Source: Macrostomum hystrix
Taxonomy: Eukaryota; Animalia; Platyhelminthes
Assembly (NCBI GenBank): GCA_950097015.1
Contig: CATNEN010000029.1
Location: 3,162,001 to 3,226,000, forward strand
Length of the DNA stretch: 64,000 bases
Reading direction: 5' to 3'
Numbering within the stretch: the first letter of the stretch is position 1; each line of letters begins with the position of its first letter. This document shows positions 12,910 to 26,915 of the stretch, piece by piece. The position numbers and the translations under genes are program-made. Under the pieces are notes generated by a model. The model saw only the letters and a program-made list of their open reading frames with translations. It ran no database searches and was not told the origin of the DNA.

Positions 12910-13145
12910 CTGGCTATAAATTATAGCCCCACGCATGCAGCTCGTGACATTTAAATTGGCACGACCTTGGATAAACAAAAAGAAAATTGTATTATGTTTT
13001 TAGCATACTTTCAATGCTATAAAAAGTAGCAAAAACATTTTGAGCAAGCAAACAAAATCATTTCTTAAAACCTATAAAATTAAAACCCGTTACTGTGATT
13101 GCCTGCAAAGTTGAAATATTGAACCCCATTTTTATGACGGCAGTG

Positions 13146-14127
13146 CAGTGCTTATTCCCACGGTCCCGTGCCGATAATTTCAATTTTATCCACACGGATC
13201 CATACCGATAATTTTCTGCTTATCCACACGGCAGCTTGTGTGAATAGGTCCACAACTCTTTATATATGCTGTGCCGTTAATTTCAATTTTATCCACACGG
13301 ATCCGTGCCGATAATTTTCTGCTTATCCCATTTTGTCATCGTTTGTGTTTTCATTCGAAATTATTGACTTAAAAAGTAAGAAGACAAAGAAAATCATACG
13401 AGTCAACCAGCAGAATTCTAGTCAGCACCGAACTCGTCACACATATTATACATCGTTGTTAAGTTATTCTTTTACACTATGCATTGATAGTGTACACACT
13501 GAAGCAAAAAGCCTTATGCTCAGAGAAGAATAGGTAGGGACTTGAAAGTAGAGAAAAAGTCATAGCTATCTATCTAATGAAGAAAATTGTCCAGCAAAAG
13601 CATTGGGACACTGTTTTAACTCTCAAGTATTTAACGCTTTAAGTCCGGAAGGACACATAATTGTAACGTTTCGCAGAGGAAAGCGCGGAACTAGTTGACA
13701 TGCTTTCGTCGAGTTTCTGAACCTTATTTTCGTACGGTAACAAGTCAGTAGTATTATTTGCGCATGTGCATCATATCATATTTCAAGCGCGTGTGCAATA
13801 CAAATGTCAGCGCGATTTCTCATTCGATTGTTAGCAACGTTACATATTATTCGAAATTAACGATTATTCGAAATTTAACGTGTGCATTGCTCGTAATTAA
13901 AAGAGGCCCTACTACAGGTACTGCAGGTTCTGGAAAACATGTATGGCTAGTTGTATATAGTACATGAAAATTGCTACACAGTTCCTGTAAAATATGTGCG
14001 GTAAGTTCTTAAAGTTATCGGCAAAACAAGCTGCCGTGTGGATACGAGCGTAGACAGAGAATTATCGGCACGGATCCGTGTGGATAAAATTGAACTTATC
14101 GGCACGGGACCGTGGGAATAAGCACTG
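13146..14127. mobile_element. Foldback/MITE-like element copy 2 (same family as 10565-11383)
   Basis: TIR CAGTGCTTATTCCCACGGTCCCGTGCCGATAA at 13146 has its reverse complement ending at 14127. It carries the same subterminal TTATCCACA-containing repeats. No TSD found. Confidence 0.75.
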
Positions 14128-14443
14128 CCTTTGATGAATTAGATGATCCTCTTGTCAGAGTTGCCTGTACAGATAGAACGATACTCAAGTTAAAGAAAAA
14201 CTTATTGCAGTTTATGCCGGCCCCTGAAGAACAGGTGCTAACAACATATCGCTCTTTATGATGAATCTCGCAGGAGAATGGAGGAGTTACCTTGCGAGGG
14301 CGTGGAGTAACTCGGATCTGAAAATCAAAGAGAAGAATTACTGAGAGGGGACCCGAAATGAACGATTGATAGCGCAATCCAATTGATTGGAACAGATGCG
14401 CAGCGATTGACTTCAGCAATCCGAAATTTCAGTTTGCCGCGAG

Positions 14444-14488
14444 CAGGGACTACAAAATACTACTAGTTGGAATATTTAGTAGTCCCTG
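14444..14488. mobile_element. 45-bp hAT-like mini-element with 8-bp TSD
   Basis: CAGGGACTACAAAATA...TATTTAGTAGTCCCTG (15/16 paired). Flanked by GCCGCGAG (14436-14443) and GCCACGAG (14489-14496). Confidence 0.7.
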
Positions 14489-15289
14489 GCCACGAGTTGA
14501 ATCACATGAATAGTGTAGATACACAAATGAATCTCAATATTTGCTTGGCTAGAGCCAAACTATAGTAGTATAGCTAGAGCAATTGTCTAGGCCTAATTTC
14601 GACAATTGCTAACTTCGGATGCCAAGAGGTTAGGAGTTCGAATCAGAGCTCAGGGAAGTCTGTGTGTCTTTTCGAACGACATTGATTTCCTTAGCGCTTT
14701 AGTTCAACCAGCTGTAAAATGCTATAAGCATTAGCAGATATATAGCAGAGTTGAGGCGTCCCAGTCCTGCAAGGACTGCGGCTATAAACACCGCCTTTGG
14801 ATGCACTGCGTGATACCTGCGACTGTGCCACTGGCTGTACATCTGGCCCGACTAGGCTTGCTGTAATTTCTGTATCTATCAATCGAGTATCGATTTCAAA
14901 TTTTTGTATTATCTATTACATTTAAATAGTATCCAAGCCTGAAAAATGATCGGAGCAATCTCAAAGCAATCTCGTGCGCATCAATCTGGCAGTCATGCAT
15001 GCCAATTAGGCCAGTTAGGAAGAACTTGCTGAACAGCTAGCTAATGAATCCATGAAGCATTTGCGCGCCTGCCTGAAGTATTCAATCGCGGTAGCCTTGG
15101 TAACATCTAACTTTCTCGGCTGAATTGCCATCCTCATCACATAGCTAGGCCTCTGCATTTGAGTTGTGATCGACTAAGAGCTACAGCGTATCCTGCATCC
15201 AGAAGAAACTCATTGGACGGCTGTTTTGAATAATTAATATACCATATCCTCTTGTGCGCTGGTCGCCGCACGGAGACAGCATCCAATGA

Positions 15290-18200
15290 ATGAGACCACT
15301 TTCATTTGCAAGTATTGGTTTGCTAATCCAGGATGTATGGGAGTGTCTGTGCGCAGGGCACCCCCATTCTTGGTCGGTACGAAGGTCGAAGAAAGAGTGT
15401 GGAGACGGATATGATAAAAAAACAGGGCGAGAGGGCGATAGCCAGCTAGAAAGCCGATCAGAGATCACTGAGCATGGATTTCCCGTCGGCATCTACCCAA
15501 TTGTGCAATTAGCATCAACTAGAAGCCCAGAGGAATTAAAAAACTTCACCGTTTTCTGCTGGCCACAATTAGTAATCAATGAAATGGTCGAACGACGCAT
15601 AGGGGACGAGAAGGCCGCGGCAGCTGCCAAGGCGACCGTCGACTCGCTGCTGAATAGTCCGCCAAAGAATACACAGCAGCTTTATGCAGCTCTTCTGGAT
15701 GAGATTCGCGTAATTCGCAAGGAGCTGGGACTGCTGGACAAGGAGTTTTACGAGGACGCGAGTCCACAGGAGTTTGTTGGCCGATGGATGTCTGTGGCCC
15801 GCGAAGCGATGCGCTGCCACAGCTTAGCAGAGTTGAACTCGCTCCGTCAAATTCAGTCGGTTATCTTCCTGGCCCGAGATCCGGACGTGAAAGAGATGTA
15901 CCCCGGCCTGACACCGGTAGGACCGGACACCTGCGCGCAGCTTAGCCAGCTGCAGAACAAGCTCCTGGCTTTCATGCCTGGTCGATTTACCCTGGTCATG
16001 GACAAGCTTGGCCGAGTGCACAGTCTGTGCGACAAGTACCTCCTGTCCTTCTATAGTGCCGACTGTCCCTATCGAATAGAAACGGCGCAAAAGTACACAC
16101 TCAGCCGACGCACCTGGGCTAGTCAGTCCGCCGAGCGGGCTAAGTCGGTGCTTTACAATTCGCACCTGTTCCTTCGAGAGTCGCTCAGTGTCGGCCGGTT
16201 AGCGCGCGGTGCCGCGGATCTCCTTCGCCGGGCAGACGCATCTGCGGCGCCCTTTCTGGGCCTGTTTGCTGATGCATGCGAGAATCTCCAGCGCTAGCCT
16301 TGACGCTCTGGTAGACTGGATTAGCTCAGATAGGAACTACCCAGTGCGACTAAAAATAGACATTTCGGTGCTGGAAAAGAACCGCATCGAGCTCGAGAAG
16401 GTAGCAAAAGCGCAGCGGCACCAGCTGCACATGGCGCAGTACCGCAGCAAGTCTTTGCAGACTGAGAAAGCCAAGCTGCACGTGGAGCTGCAGGCACTGG
16501 CTGACAGGGAAGCGGAGCTGCTGATTGAGGAGGAGCAACTGCAACAGGATTTGGGCAACGCTCGATTGGACCTGGAGATTAAGGAATTCCGCAGGGAGGA
16601 GCTGAGACGCGAGATTAAAGAGACGACCACCGCGGCATCCGCAGGACTGGAGGTGGAGCTGGCCAGCGTGACAGAGCAGCTGCGCCGACACCGGCTAGAC
16701 ATGCCGCTGATGGAGCGGAGGCTGGCGAGTCTTCGCTCTAAGCTAGTCATCATCGAGGAGAAGCAGAAACGTCTGTCAGAAGTTTCCACAGCGCTCAGCG
16801 ACACAGAATCATTGATGGTGAAGCTGCGCGCCGAGGTCACAGAAGCCGGATCGCAGCTTCTCACAGCGGAGCAGACTCTAGAAAAGTGCGCCGAGATCTA
16901 CCGGCTAAAGGTGAGCCCGGAAACACCGGAGAGGATCTTCTTCGGCTTGCCACTAGACGGTACCGACAAGGAGCAGCCGAAAGAGAAACAGCAGCAGCAG
17001 CAGCAGCAGACTGCGAGCACCAGTGGTGGTAAGATTCTGTCAGCGCCAGGCAGTGGAGGCGGTGGAACCTCTCAATTGTCAACGAGGGTCGGTGACACTT
17101 CGTCGACATCACCACTGGGAACCAATGGGAACGTGTCTTCATTGGCCAGCATTTCAGGTCAGTTAATGTCATCCTCTTGCATAACAGGCTGCAATTGGAG
17201 GAGAATTTGTTAAAGCGGATGCCAGAGCATCAGTCATAAATTGAATCTCTTTTCTGAATCTGCACCTCAGGTGGCAGAAGAATGCAGCGCGCAGAAACGG
17301 TGGAGATGAACGGTAAGCCGCGCATTTCTAGTTACTGTGCATCTAGTAACCGAAGCACATTTATAGTACATCTGCTTACTAGCGGAGTAGAAGCATTGCT
17401 CATATTCGATGCGATTGTTTTCAAACTGCTATGATGATATCACCGATTGAAGGGACATGTTGATTTCCCTTGATTCTTCGATTCGGGGTGTATGCCAAAT
17501 ATGGAGCTTATTGGACTTGTGACTGGACATAATTATATATATATAAATTAGCTGGAGGGCTGGGGCTATGGCGCATCTTTTGGTGGCAGTAGACCTGCAG
17601 CCAGCGAGGAGGCAATTCTGCCCATTCCACTGACTCGGCACAAAAGCGCACACACGCAGGTATACACACTCACACAGGTGTGTACATCTACACAGATTTT
17701 CTCATCGTCAGGCAGTGCAGTATACAACTGCATCCAATCATATCACCCGCATGGAGCCACCACGTGTGGATAAGTTCCTTGTTTCTCTTTTAGGAATTTA
17801 TCACTTCCAGCAACTGTTGGGTGCCCCAGAAATTAGCAGAAGTTGTAGATCTTACCTTCTTTAGATTAGTTTTTCTCTTGCCTCTCTTTGGTTGCTGCAG
17901 GCTTTGATGTTCTGGCTTTTTTGGCTTTTGGTTGCCCTTCAGGTACCTGGATCGTTCGAAGACAAGAGGAGTTAATTTATTCTCTTTGTTTTTGGTTGCA
18001 GTTACAACGGACCAATAGTAATTATTGAACCTAGGTTCGGTGCTGTGTCTCTCTGACTTCGATTTGTCGTTGACGTCGATTAACCAATAGTCACTTGTGG
18101 AGTGTGTTCCTTCTTACCAGCTTTGGTGGGTTCTACGACAAGTCTGGCGCTTATCCCTTGTAGTATAATCCATGTAATCCCACGTCTGTGACTACGACTT

Positions 18201-19263
18201 GATCGTTGGTTAAACGATTACTTGGAGAGGTTTAACTTAACTCAATAAAATACTTCTAATTAATAAATAATAAATTAGGATAACTCAAGGAACTCTTACC
18301 ACAAGTCTTGGACCTGGAGTCCGATTCACTTCTCTCCGTTTCCTTTTCTCGGCGAGACTCTGAATCTGGGCTCGCTCCGGAGTTCTTGCATTTAAAGAGA
18401 ATCGAACCCTCTCGGGTTCGATGAGTGCGTTCAGTGTACAGGTGTCAAACTGGTGTCAAAAAGTTTGGGTCAACGATTGACAACTTGATAGGATAGACTT
18501 TTCTACAACTAAAGTAGTTGAAGCGCAAAAAGATGGATTATCGCTTTCTTGATTTCTTGATTGATTTTGGGTAACATGATTGGCTTGATTGTTGGTTGTC
18601 TATGACCTAAAAATGGATTTGATACTATTAATAGTAGTCACATGACTTTTGATTGATTCGTTTGTCCTTTTTGGTGAAATGAATCACATGCTGTACTTGT
18701 ATGTTTTTTGGTTCGCATTTTCTAAAAATACTACTAAGCGAATGAGTAGAGCAGTTAGCGCATGATTGGTGAAAATAAATATTACCGTAATTCTGCACTC
18801 TACAGTGTAAAACAGAAAACGCACAAACCTCAAAGCAGGCAGCGCATTCGACCAGGTGTGCCTGCTGGTGGCGCACAAAATCGAGCGCGACTGGAAGCGT
18901 CTCTACCGGGCTCTGCCATTCGTGCCGCAGCGCAGCCGCGAGACCATCGACCGGGACATCGCCGAGCTGCAGCGCAGCTTCGTCGCCGACTCGCTGTTTG
19001 AATGCGCCTGGCGCGCCATTCAACGCTGGCGGCGTTACCACCGGCGAGCGAAGCTGCTCGAGCTGCGCTCCGCCTTGGAGCGCATGCGACGCGGCGATGT
19101 TGTTGACGATATCGACGCATTCCTGCGGCCGCCCGACGGTGAGCCTCGACCTGCCGGCCTGGACGACGGCGCAGGGCTGCCGGAACAACTGGACAGACAT
19201 CTGGTGTCGTTCTATCGGAATCTGGAGCCGCTCGACTCGCAACAGGATGATGGGGTGAAGTGA
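15290..19263 (+). CDS. Coiled-coil protein with C-terminal death domain, ~703 aa; exons 15290-16197, 16292-17028, 17271-17312, 18839-19263
   Basis: Introns GTTAGC..TCTCCAG (94 nt), GTAAGA..CCTCAG and GTAAGC..AAGCAG give a continuous frame (2112 nt). Heptad-rich 16360-16900. The last exon VAHKIERDWKRLYRALPF...AWRAIQRWRR...LLELRSALERMRRGDVVD is death-domain-like. The start codon and last acceptor are uncertain. Confidence 0.6.
17530..17760 (-). mobile_element. SINE family A copy (degenerate)
   Basis: Shares GAGTCAG(T/C)G(G/A)AATGGGCAGAATTGCCTCCT(C/T)GCTGGCTGC with 38400-38650. TA-rich tail at ~17530. Confidence 0.6.
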
Positions 19264-19904
19264 CTGCAGGCCCGCCAGAGATACCCTATGCCAACCAAGC
19301 CAGCTTAGATTTACCCGGTATCCTCGGAGAGTTCTTTTGTCACCTTATATCGATAAAGGCTGAGAATTGTGTGTTAAGCGATGATGCTACTAATAGTAGT
19401 GGTATAGGAGTCTCCTGGCTGATGATTGCTAAGGGACCATATTTTTATATTATGGTTCGAGATTTGTTTCACCCTAAACAATGAAATGTTTCTTTTTTGC
19501 TCCTCCCTGTGTAAATAAATTCGAGGCTACATAAAACATATGCTCGTAGAAGCCTTGGAACCAGAATTTCTTTCTCTAAGCTATGTAAATATGCGAATAG
19601 ATTTATCTCGTTATTTACATTGTCCTTCCCGTTTATAACTTTATTGAATTCGTGCGCAAAAATGGTGTTGAATCACCTATAGTCACATTTCTTTTTTTAA
19701 AAAATGCACGTCTACATTATTAAAACAAGTAAGAATGTTTACACCTGTAGATAGGAATAGGATCAGCTGACTGAGTCGCATGATAAACGAGTGCAAGTGA
19801 TATAGGACAGGTCTGTGTGAGATAGGATTGATAATGGAGTAATTCGGTCCACTAATTTAAATGTTGCTATTCGGGTTTAATTACATTAAGAATTAGCCAA
19901 GGGG

Positions 19905-19976
19905 GTTAACGTAGCTCAATGGTTAGAGCTTCGGACTTCTGATCGAGAGGTCAGGAGTTCGATTCTCAACTTAAGG
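19905..19976 (+). pseudogene. tRNA-Arg(TCT)-like sequence: tRNA pseudogene or SINE head
   Basis: A box TAGCTCAATGG, intact D stem GCTC/GAGC, loop CT-TCT-GA (19938-19940), B box GTTCGATTC. The anticodon, T and acceptor stems are broken. Confidence 0.7.
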
Positions 19977-20614
19977 ACTGGAATATGTATCATCAAGAAA
20001 GGCTTTTAATTACTGACTGCTTCAGTCACGGAAAGCTCTGAAGCCAAGCCTAATGGTCCGGAAAATGAGAGCTTGGCGGGCATTTGTCTCTCCATTTCAC
20101 CTACAGCAGACAACAATTAAAATATATGAATATTATATACAGAAATGGTTTGTTTTGTCAACTCCCCTAATCTCGCATACTGTAAGCCTGCATAGTCAAG
20201 CCGGCCAAGGATCCACAGCAAGGATCCACGGCGATTTGATCGCTATAATTATTGATTCATACAATGGGAGCGGGACACATAGAGACGGGCGCGCAGACTT
20301 CTTACAGCAAATGGCGCAAAGCAGATTTGAGTTCTGCTCAACTTAGGTGCTTGCTAAAATAAGGGGAAGGGCGATCCCCATTCCTTGATCGGGTGAGAGA
20401 ATGAAGTATCGATTCCGATTCCACACTGATCAATCATTTGGAGTTGAGTATAGGTCATACCTACGTGTACGTTGAGGGATTTCAAAACTGAATACATGGA
20501 TAATCTTATCATTTTAATGTCATTTATTGCCAGGGCTAATAGGCACAGGCCTATGTAAAAAAATAGTTCCTATAAATCGGTTGTGCTACGATTACGGAAT
20601 AATAGTAAATACGG

Positions 20615-22146
20615 TTTCTATGATTCAAGCTGCGATAGCTTCCTAAAGTTCCAGCTGCGATACCTTCCTAAAGTTCCAGTTACGGTTCCTTTCTACGATT
20701 CCAGCTACGGTTCCTTCCTACGATTCCAGCAACAGTTCCTTTCTACGATTCCAGCAACAGTTCCTTCCTACGATTCCAGCAACAGTTCCTTTCTACGATT
20801 CCAGCTACGGTTCCTTCCTACGATTCCAGCAACAGTTCCTTTCTACGATTCCAGCAACAGTTCCTTCCTACGATTCCAGCAACAGTTCCTTTCTACGATT
20901 CCAGCTACGGTTCCTTCGTACGATTTCAGCAACAGTTCCTTTCTACGATTCCAGCTACGGTTCCTTTCTACGATTTCCGGCAACGGTTCCTTTCTACGAT
21001 TCCAGCTACGGTTCCTTCCTACGATTCCAGCAACAGTTCCTTTCTACGATTCCAGCAACAGTTCCTTCCTACGATTCCAGCAACAGTTCCTTTCTACGAT
21101 TCCAGCAACAGTTCCTTTCTACGATTCCAGCAACAGTTCCTTTCTACGATTTCCGGCAACGGTTCCTTCCTACGATTCCAGCAACAGTTCCTTTCTACGA
21201 TTCCAGCAACAGTTCCCTTCTACGATTCCAGCAACAGTTCCTTCCTACGGTTCCTTTCTACGATTCCAGCTACGGTTCCTTCCTACGATTCCAGCAACAG
21301 TTCCTTTCTACGATTCCAGCAACAGTTCCCTTCTACGATTCCAGCAACAGTTCCTTCCTACGGTTCCTTTCTACGATTCCAGCTACGGTTCCTTCCTACG
21401 ATTCCAGCAACAGTTCCTTTCTACGATTCCAGCAACAGTTCCTTCCTACGATTCCAGCAAGTTTCTTCCTACGATTTCCGGCAACGGTTTCTTCCTACGA
21501 TTTCCGGCAACGGTTCCTTTCTACGATTCCAGCTACGGTTCCTTCCTACGATTCCAGCAACAGTTCCTTTCTACGATTCCAGCAACAGTTCCTTCCTACG
21601 ATTCCAGCAACAGTTCCTTTCTACGATTTCCGGCAACGGTTCCTTCCTACGATTCCAGCAACAGTTCCTTCCTACGATTCCAGCTACGGTTCCTTCCTAC
21701 GATTCCAGCTACGGTTCCTTCCAACGATTCCAGCAACAGTTCCTTCGTACGATTCCAGTTACGGTTCCTTCCTACGATTCCAACTAAGTTTCATTTCTAC
21801 AATTCCAGTTACGGTTCCGCCCTTCGATTCCAGTTACGGTTCCTACTAAGTTTCCTTTCTACGATTCCAGTTTCGCTTCCTTACTACGATTCCAGCTTCG
21901 TTTTCTTTCTACGATTCCAGTTTCGGTTCCTTCCTACGATTCCAGCTACGTTTTCTTTCTACGATTCCAGTTTCGGTTCCTTCCTACGATTCCAGCTACG
22001 TTTTCTTTCTACGATTCCAGTTTCGGTTCCTTCCTACGATTCCAGCTACGTTTTCTTTCTACGATTCCAGTTTCGGTTCCTTCCTACGATTCCAGCTACT
22101 TTTTCTTTCTACGATTCCAGTTACGGTTCCGCCCTTCGATTCCAGT
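20615..22146. repeat. 25-bp tandem array (~60 copies, diverged edges)
   Basis: Unit TTCCTT(T/C)CTACGATTCCAGC(AACA/TACG)G. It produces the spurious 521-aa ORF. Confidence 0.97.
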
Positions 22147-23605
22147 AAAGCTTTACTTTACCTTGGATAAGGAGTGCTGTATGCGGGCCTGTCACTTTTC
22201 AGCAAACCAAATAAAATAAAAAAGGAATAGCTTTTTCATTTTTAAAAGCGATTTGCCGAGAAACATAAATTGTGCAATTTATTGTATTGGCATTTATTGA
22301 TTAAACATAAAACAAAAGGAGTTTAAAGTGCTTACAAGTGTTGCCTAAACCCCAACTGAACAATACTTAATGTTATTTGTCATAGTTTTACGTTTATTTG
22401 AAAATGATACCTAAATTCCATTCAAAGAGGGAAAACACAGAGACTTAATGATAATGAATTAATTAAAAGTAGAAAACAACTATTGACTGAAACTGTAGCC
22501 GCTTGCACTCAGGCTCAGGGTGAACACACTGGGCGCAGCGAGGCTTATAAAGCGAGTTAGCAACCTAATTTTTTAACACAATTCAAAGGTTCATATTCAA
22601 CTTTCTGCCAGTTCATCAACGCTTGGATGTATGTTGGAGAAGGAGGCGGGGGAGATCAAGAATTATCTTAAATCATAACTTCCATCAACAAGAATATTCA
22701 CGGGTGCTTTTAGAAGCAAAATATATAAGGTTGGAATAAAATTGAAAGAAGAAAACAAACAGTATGTACTAAGAGAAATAGACAAAAAGTAAACAAAGCA
22801 AAGGGTATTCCAATTCACCGATTGAAATTAGGACCGCGATAACCAGAGAGTCGCTAACTCTACTTATTTTTCAACTAATTAATCAACTAGCTAGCTACAA
22901 ATACAGACAAATAAGAACTTTAAAATGGAACACAAAAATGATGGAACACAGGTGAGCTTACACTTTCCAGATATGCGAATCTATAGATTTCAGCTCATCG
23001 AATTCAACACTGACACCTATATGCATATTCTATTGGTGGCGGTATTTCCTGGATGTATTTCTAAGAAAGAATTCTAAAATTAGGAATAAATACTCACGCA
23101 ACATTGCAAATCAGAATATTATTAGACGAACATGTTCATGTATATGCGCGGTTGACTGCCCGCCACAGACTTATATATAAGGCCGCATGGTAATGATATA
23201 CATAGCAAAGTAGCAATTAAAAACTTAATTTCAAGACTTTCCCCCCATTTGTGGATGTGAGTGATAGGGGCGCTCTACTGACCGACGGAATGGTTGGCTA
23301 AGAGCTTATAAGGTTAGCTAATTTCGACTACTGTTGGATGAATCACTGCTAGCTAGTAACGACAGCAAGGCGGGCCGTAGCAACCCCGGCAACAATAAAG
23401 ATCGATCAACAAGAGATACGAAAATGTCAATGTCTGTGGTAAAGAAGGGACAGGCAGGGACAAAGGACAGAAAGCAAGCCAGTAACAATGCAATCGGACA
23501 ATAGAACAAACAAAGAAATCAAGATTATCGACCAGTCTGTGCTTTTGTCCACTTTCTGTTTAACTATTTTTCTTAATTAATAAACTCAATCAAAATGTGC
23601 TCAAG

Positions 23606-26293
<2,688 letters not shown>

Positions 26294-26915
26294 TGTTTTG
26301 AATAATTTCCTCTCGCAGAAATAAAGAATAGTGCTTCAAAGCTACCACGATTGACTGACAAAAGGTATTGTGTAACTTTGCTCTTCACTCAGTTATTACA
26401 TATACGCTGTTGATGTCATCATGGTTTAAAAAGTTTGGAAGCATTTTTTTAACAAAAGTTAACATTCTTATCTTTACTATAACATTTCTGATATGCAGTT
26501 GAAAAAGTAAAGTTTTTAATGCTTTTTTTCTCACTCGCAGTCTAAGTTTTTTAAACAAAAAATTATCTACATTTTGAATTACCGCTTTTGGTTTTCTTTT
26601 ATTCTATGAACTCGAAGAAGAGGCATGATCTAAAATCTGTAATAAATTATCGCGAATTCACTCTTTACTTTGACACTGGTCTTATAATCTCCCTTTACTA
26701 ATAGCTTCAGATTTCTTTAAATTGACGTTAACTTTTTTGTATTTAATATATTCATGTGTCCTAGCGCTTTTCTTGAGTTGTAGTATTGTTTCTTGCAGTT
26801 ATTGACTGGACGGATTTTGCGTTCGCCTGTAACTTCTTATAAAAAGGCTTTGATAAGGAAAAAAGGTAAAGGTTTTTTTGGATTGACAAAAACATACTAC
26901 GTGCTTTTTGAAGCG
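26294..26915. promoter_or_regulatory. Probable bidirectional promoter between divergent ARF and OSBP
   Basis: The two start codons are 623 bp apart in head-to-head orientation. The region is AT-rich and no specific element was identified. Confidence 0.55.

Noticed and set aside
10570-14070. Clusters of TTATCCACA (bacterial DnaA-box consensus)
   Set aside because: They are subterminal motifs of an inverted-repeat element among intron-containing animal genes, with no bacterial genes nearby.
14096-15200. Short ORFs upstream of the coiled-coil gene
   Set aside because: I could not build a phase-consistent exon chain and saw no recognisable motif.
16285-16297. Programmed +1 frameshift joining ORFs 15290 and 16209
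   Set aside because: No recognisable slippery site. A 94-nt GT-AG intron or an assembly indel explains it more simply.
17765-18150. Possible LTR (TG..CA) followed by a PBS-like TGGCGC at 18145
   Set aside because: No second LTR, TSD or gag/pol remnant, and the match is too short.
18401-18422. Perfect 9-bp hairpin ATCGAACCC-TCTC-GGGTTCGAT containing a B-box-like half
   Set aside because: It is isolated, with no A box or other context, and could be chance.
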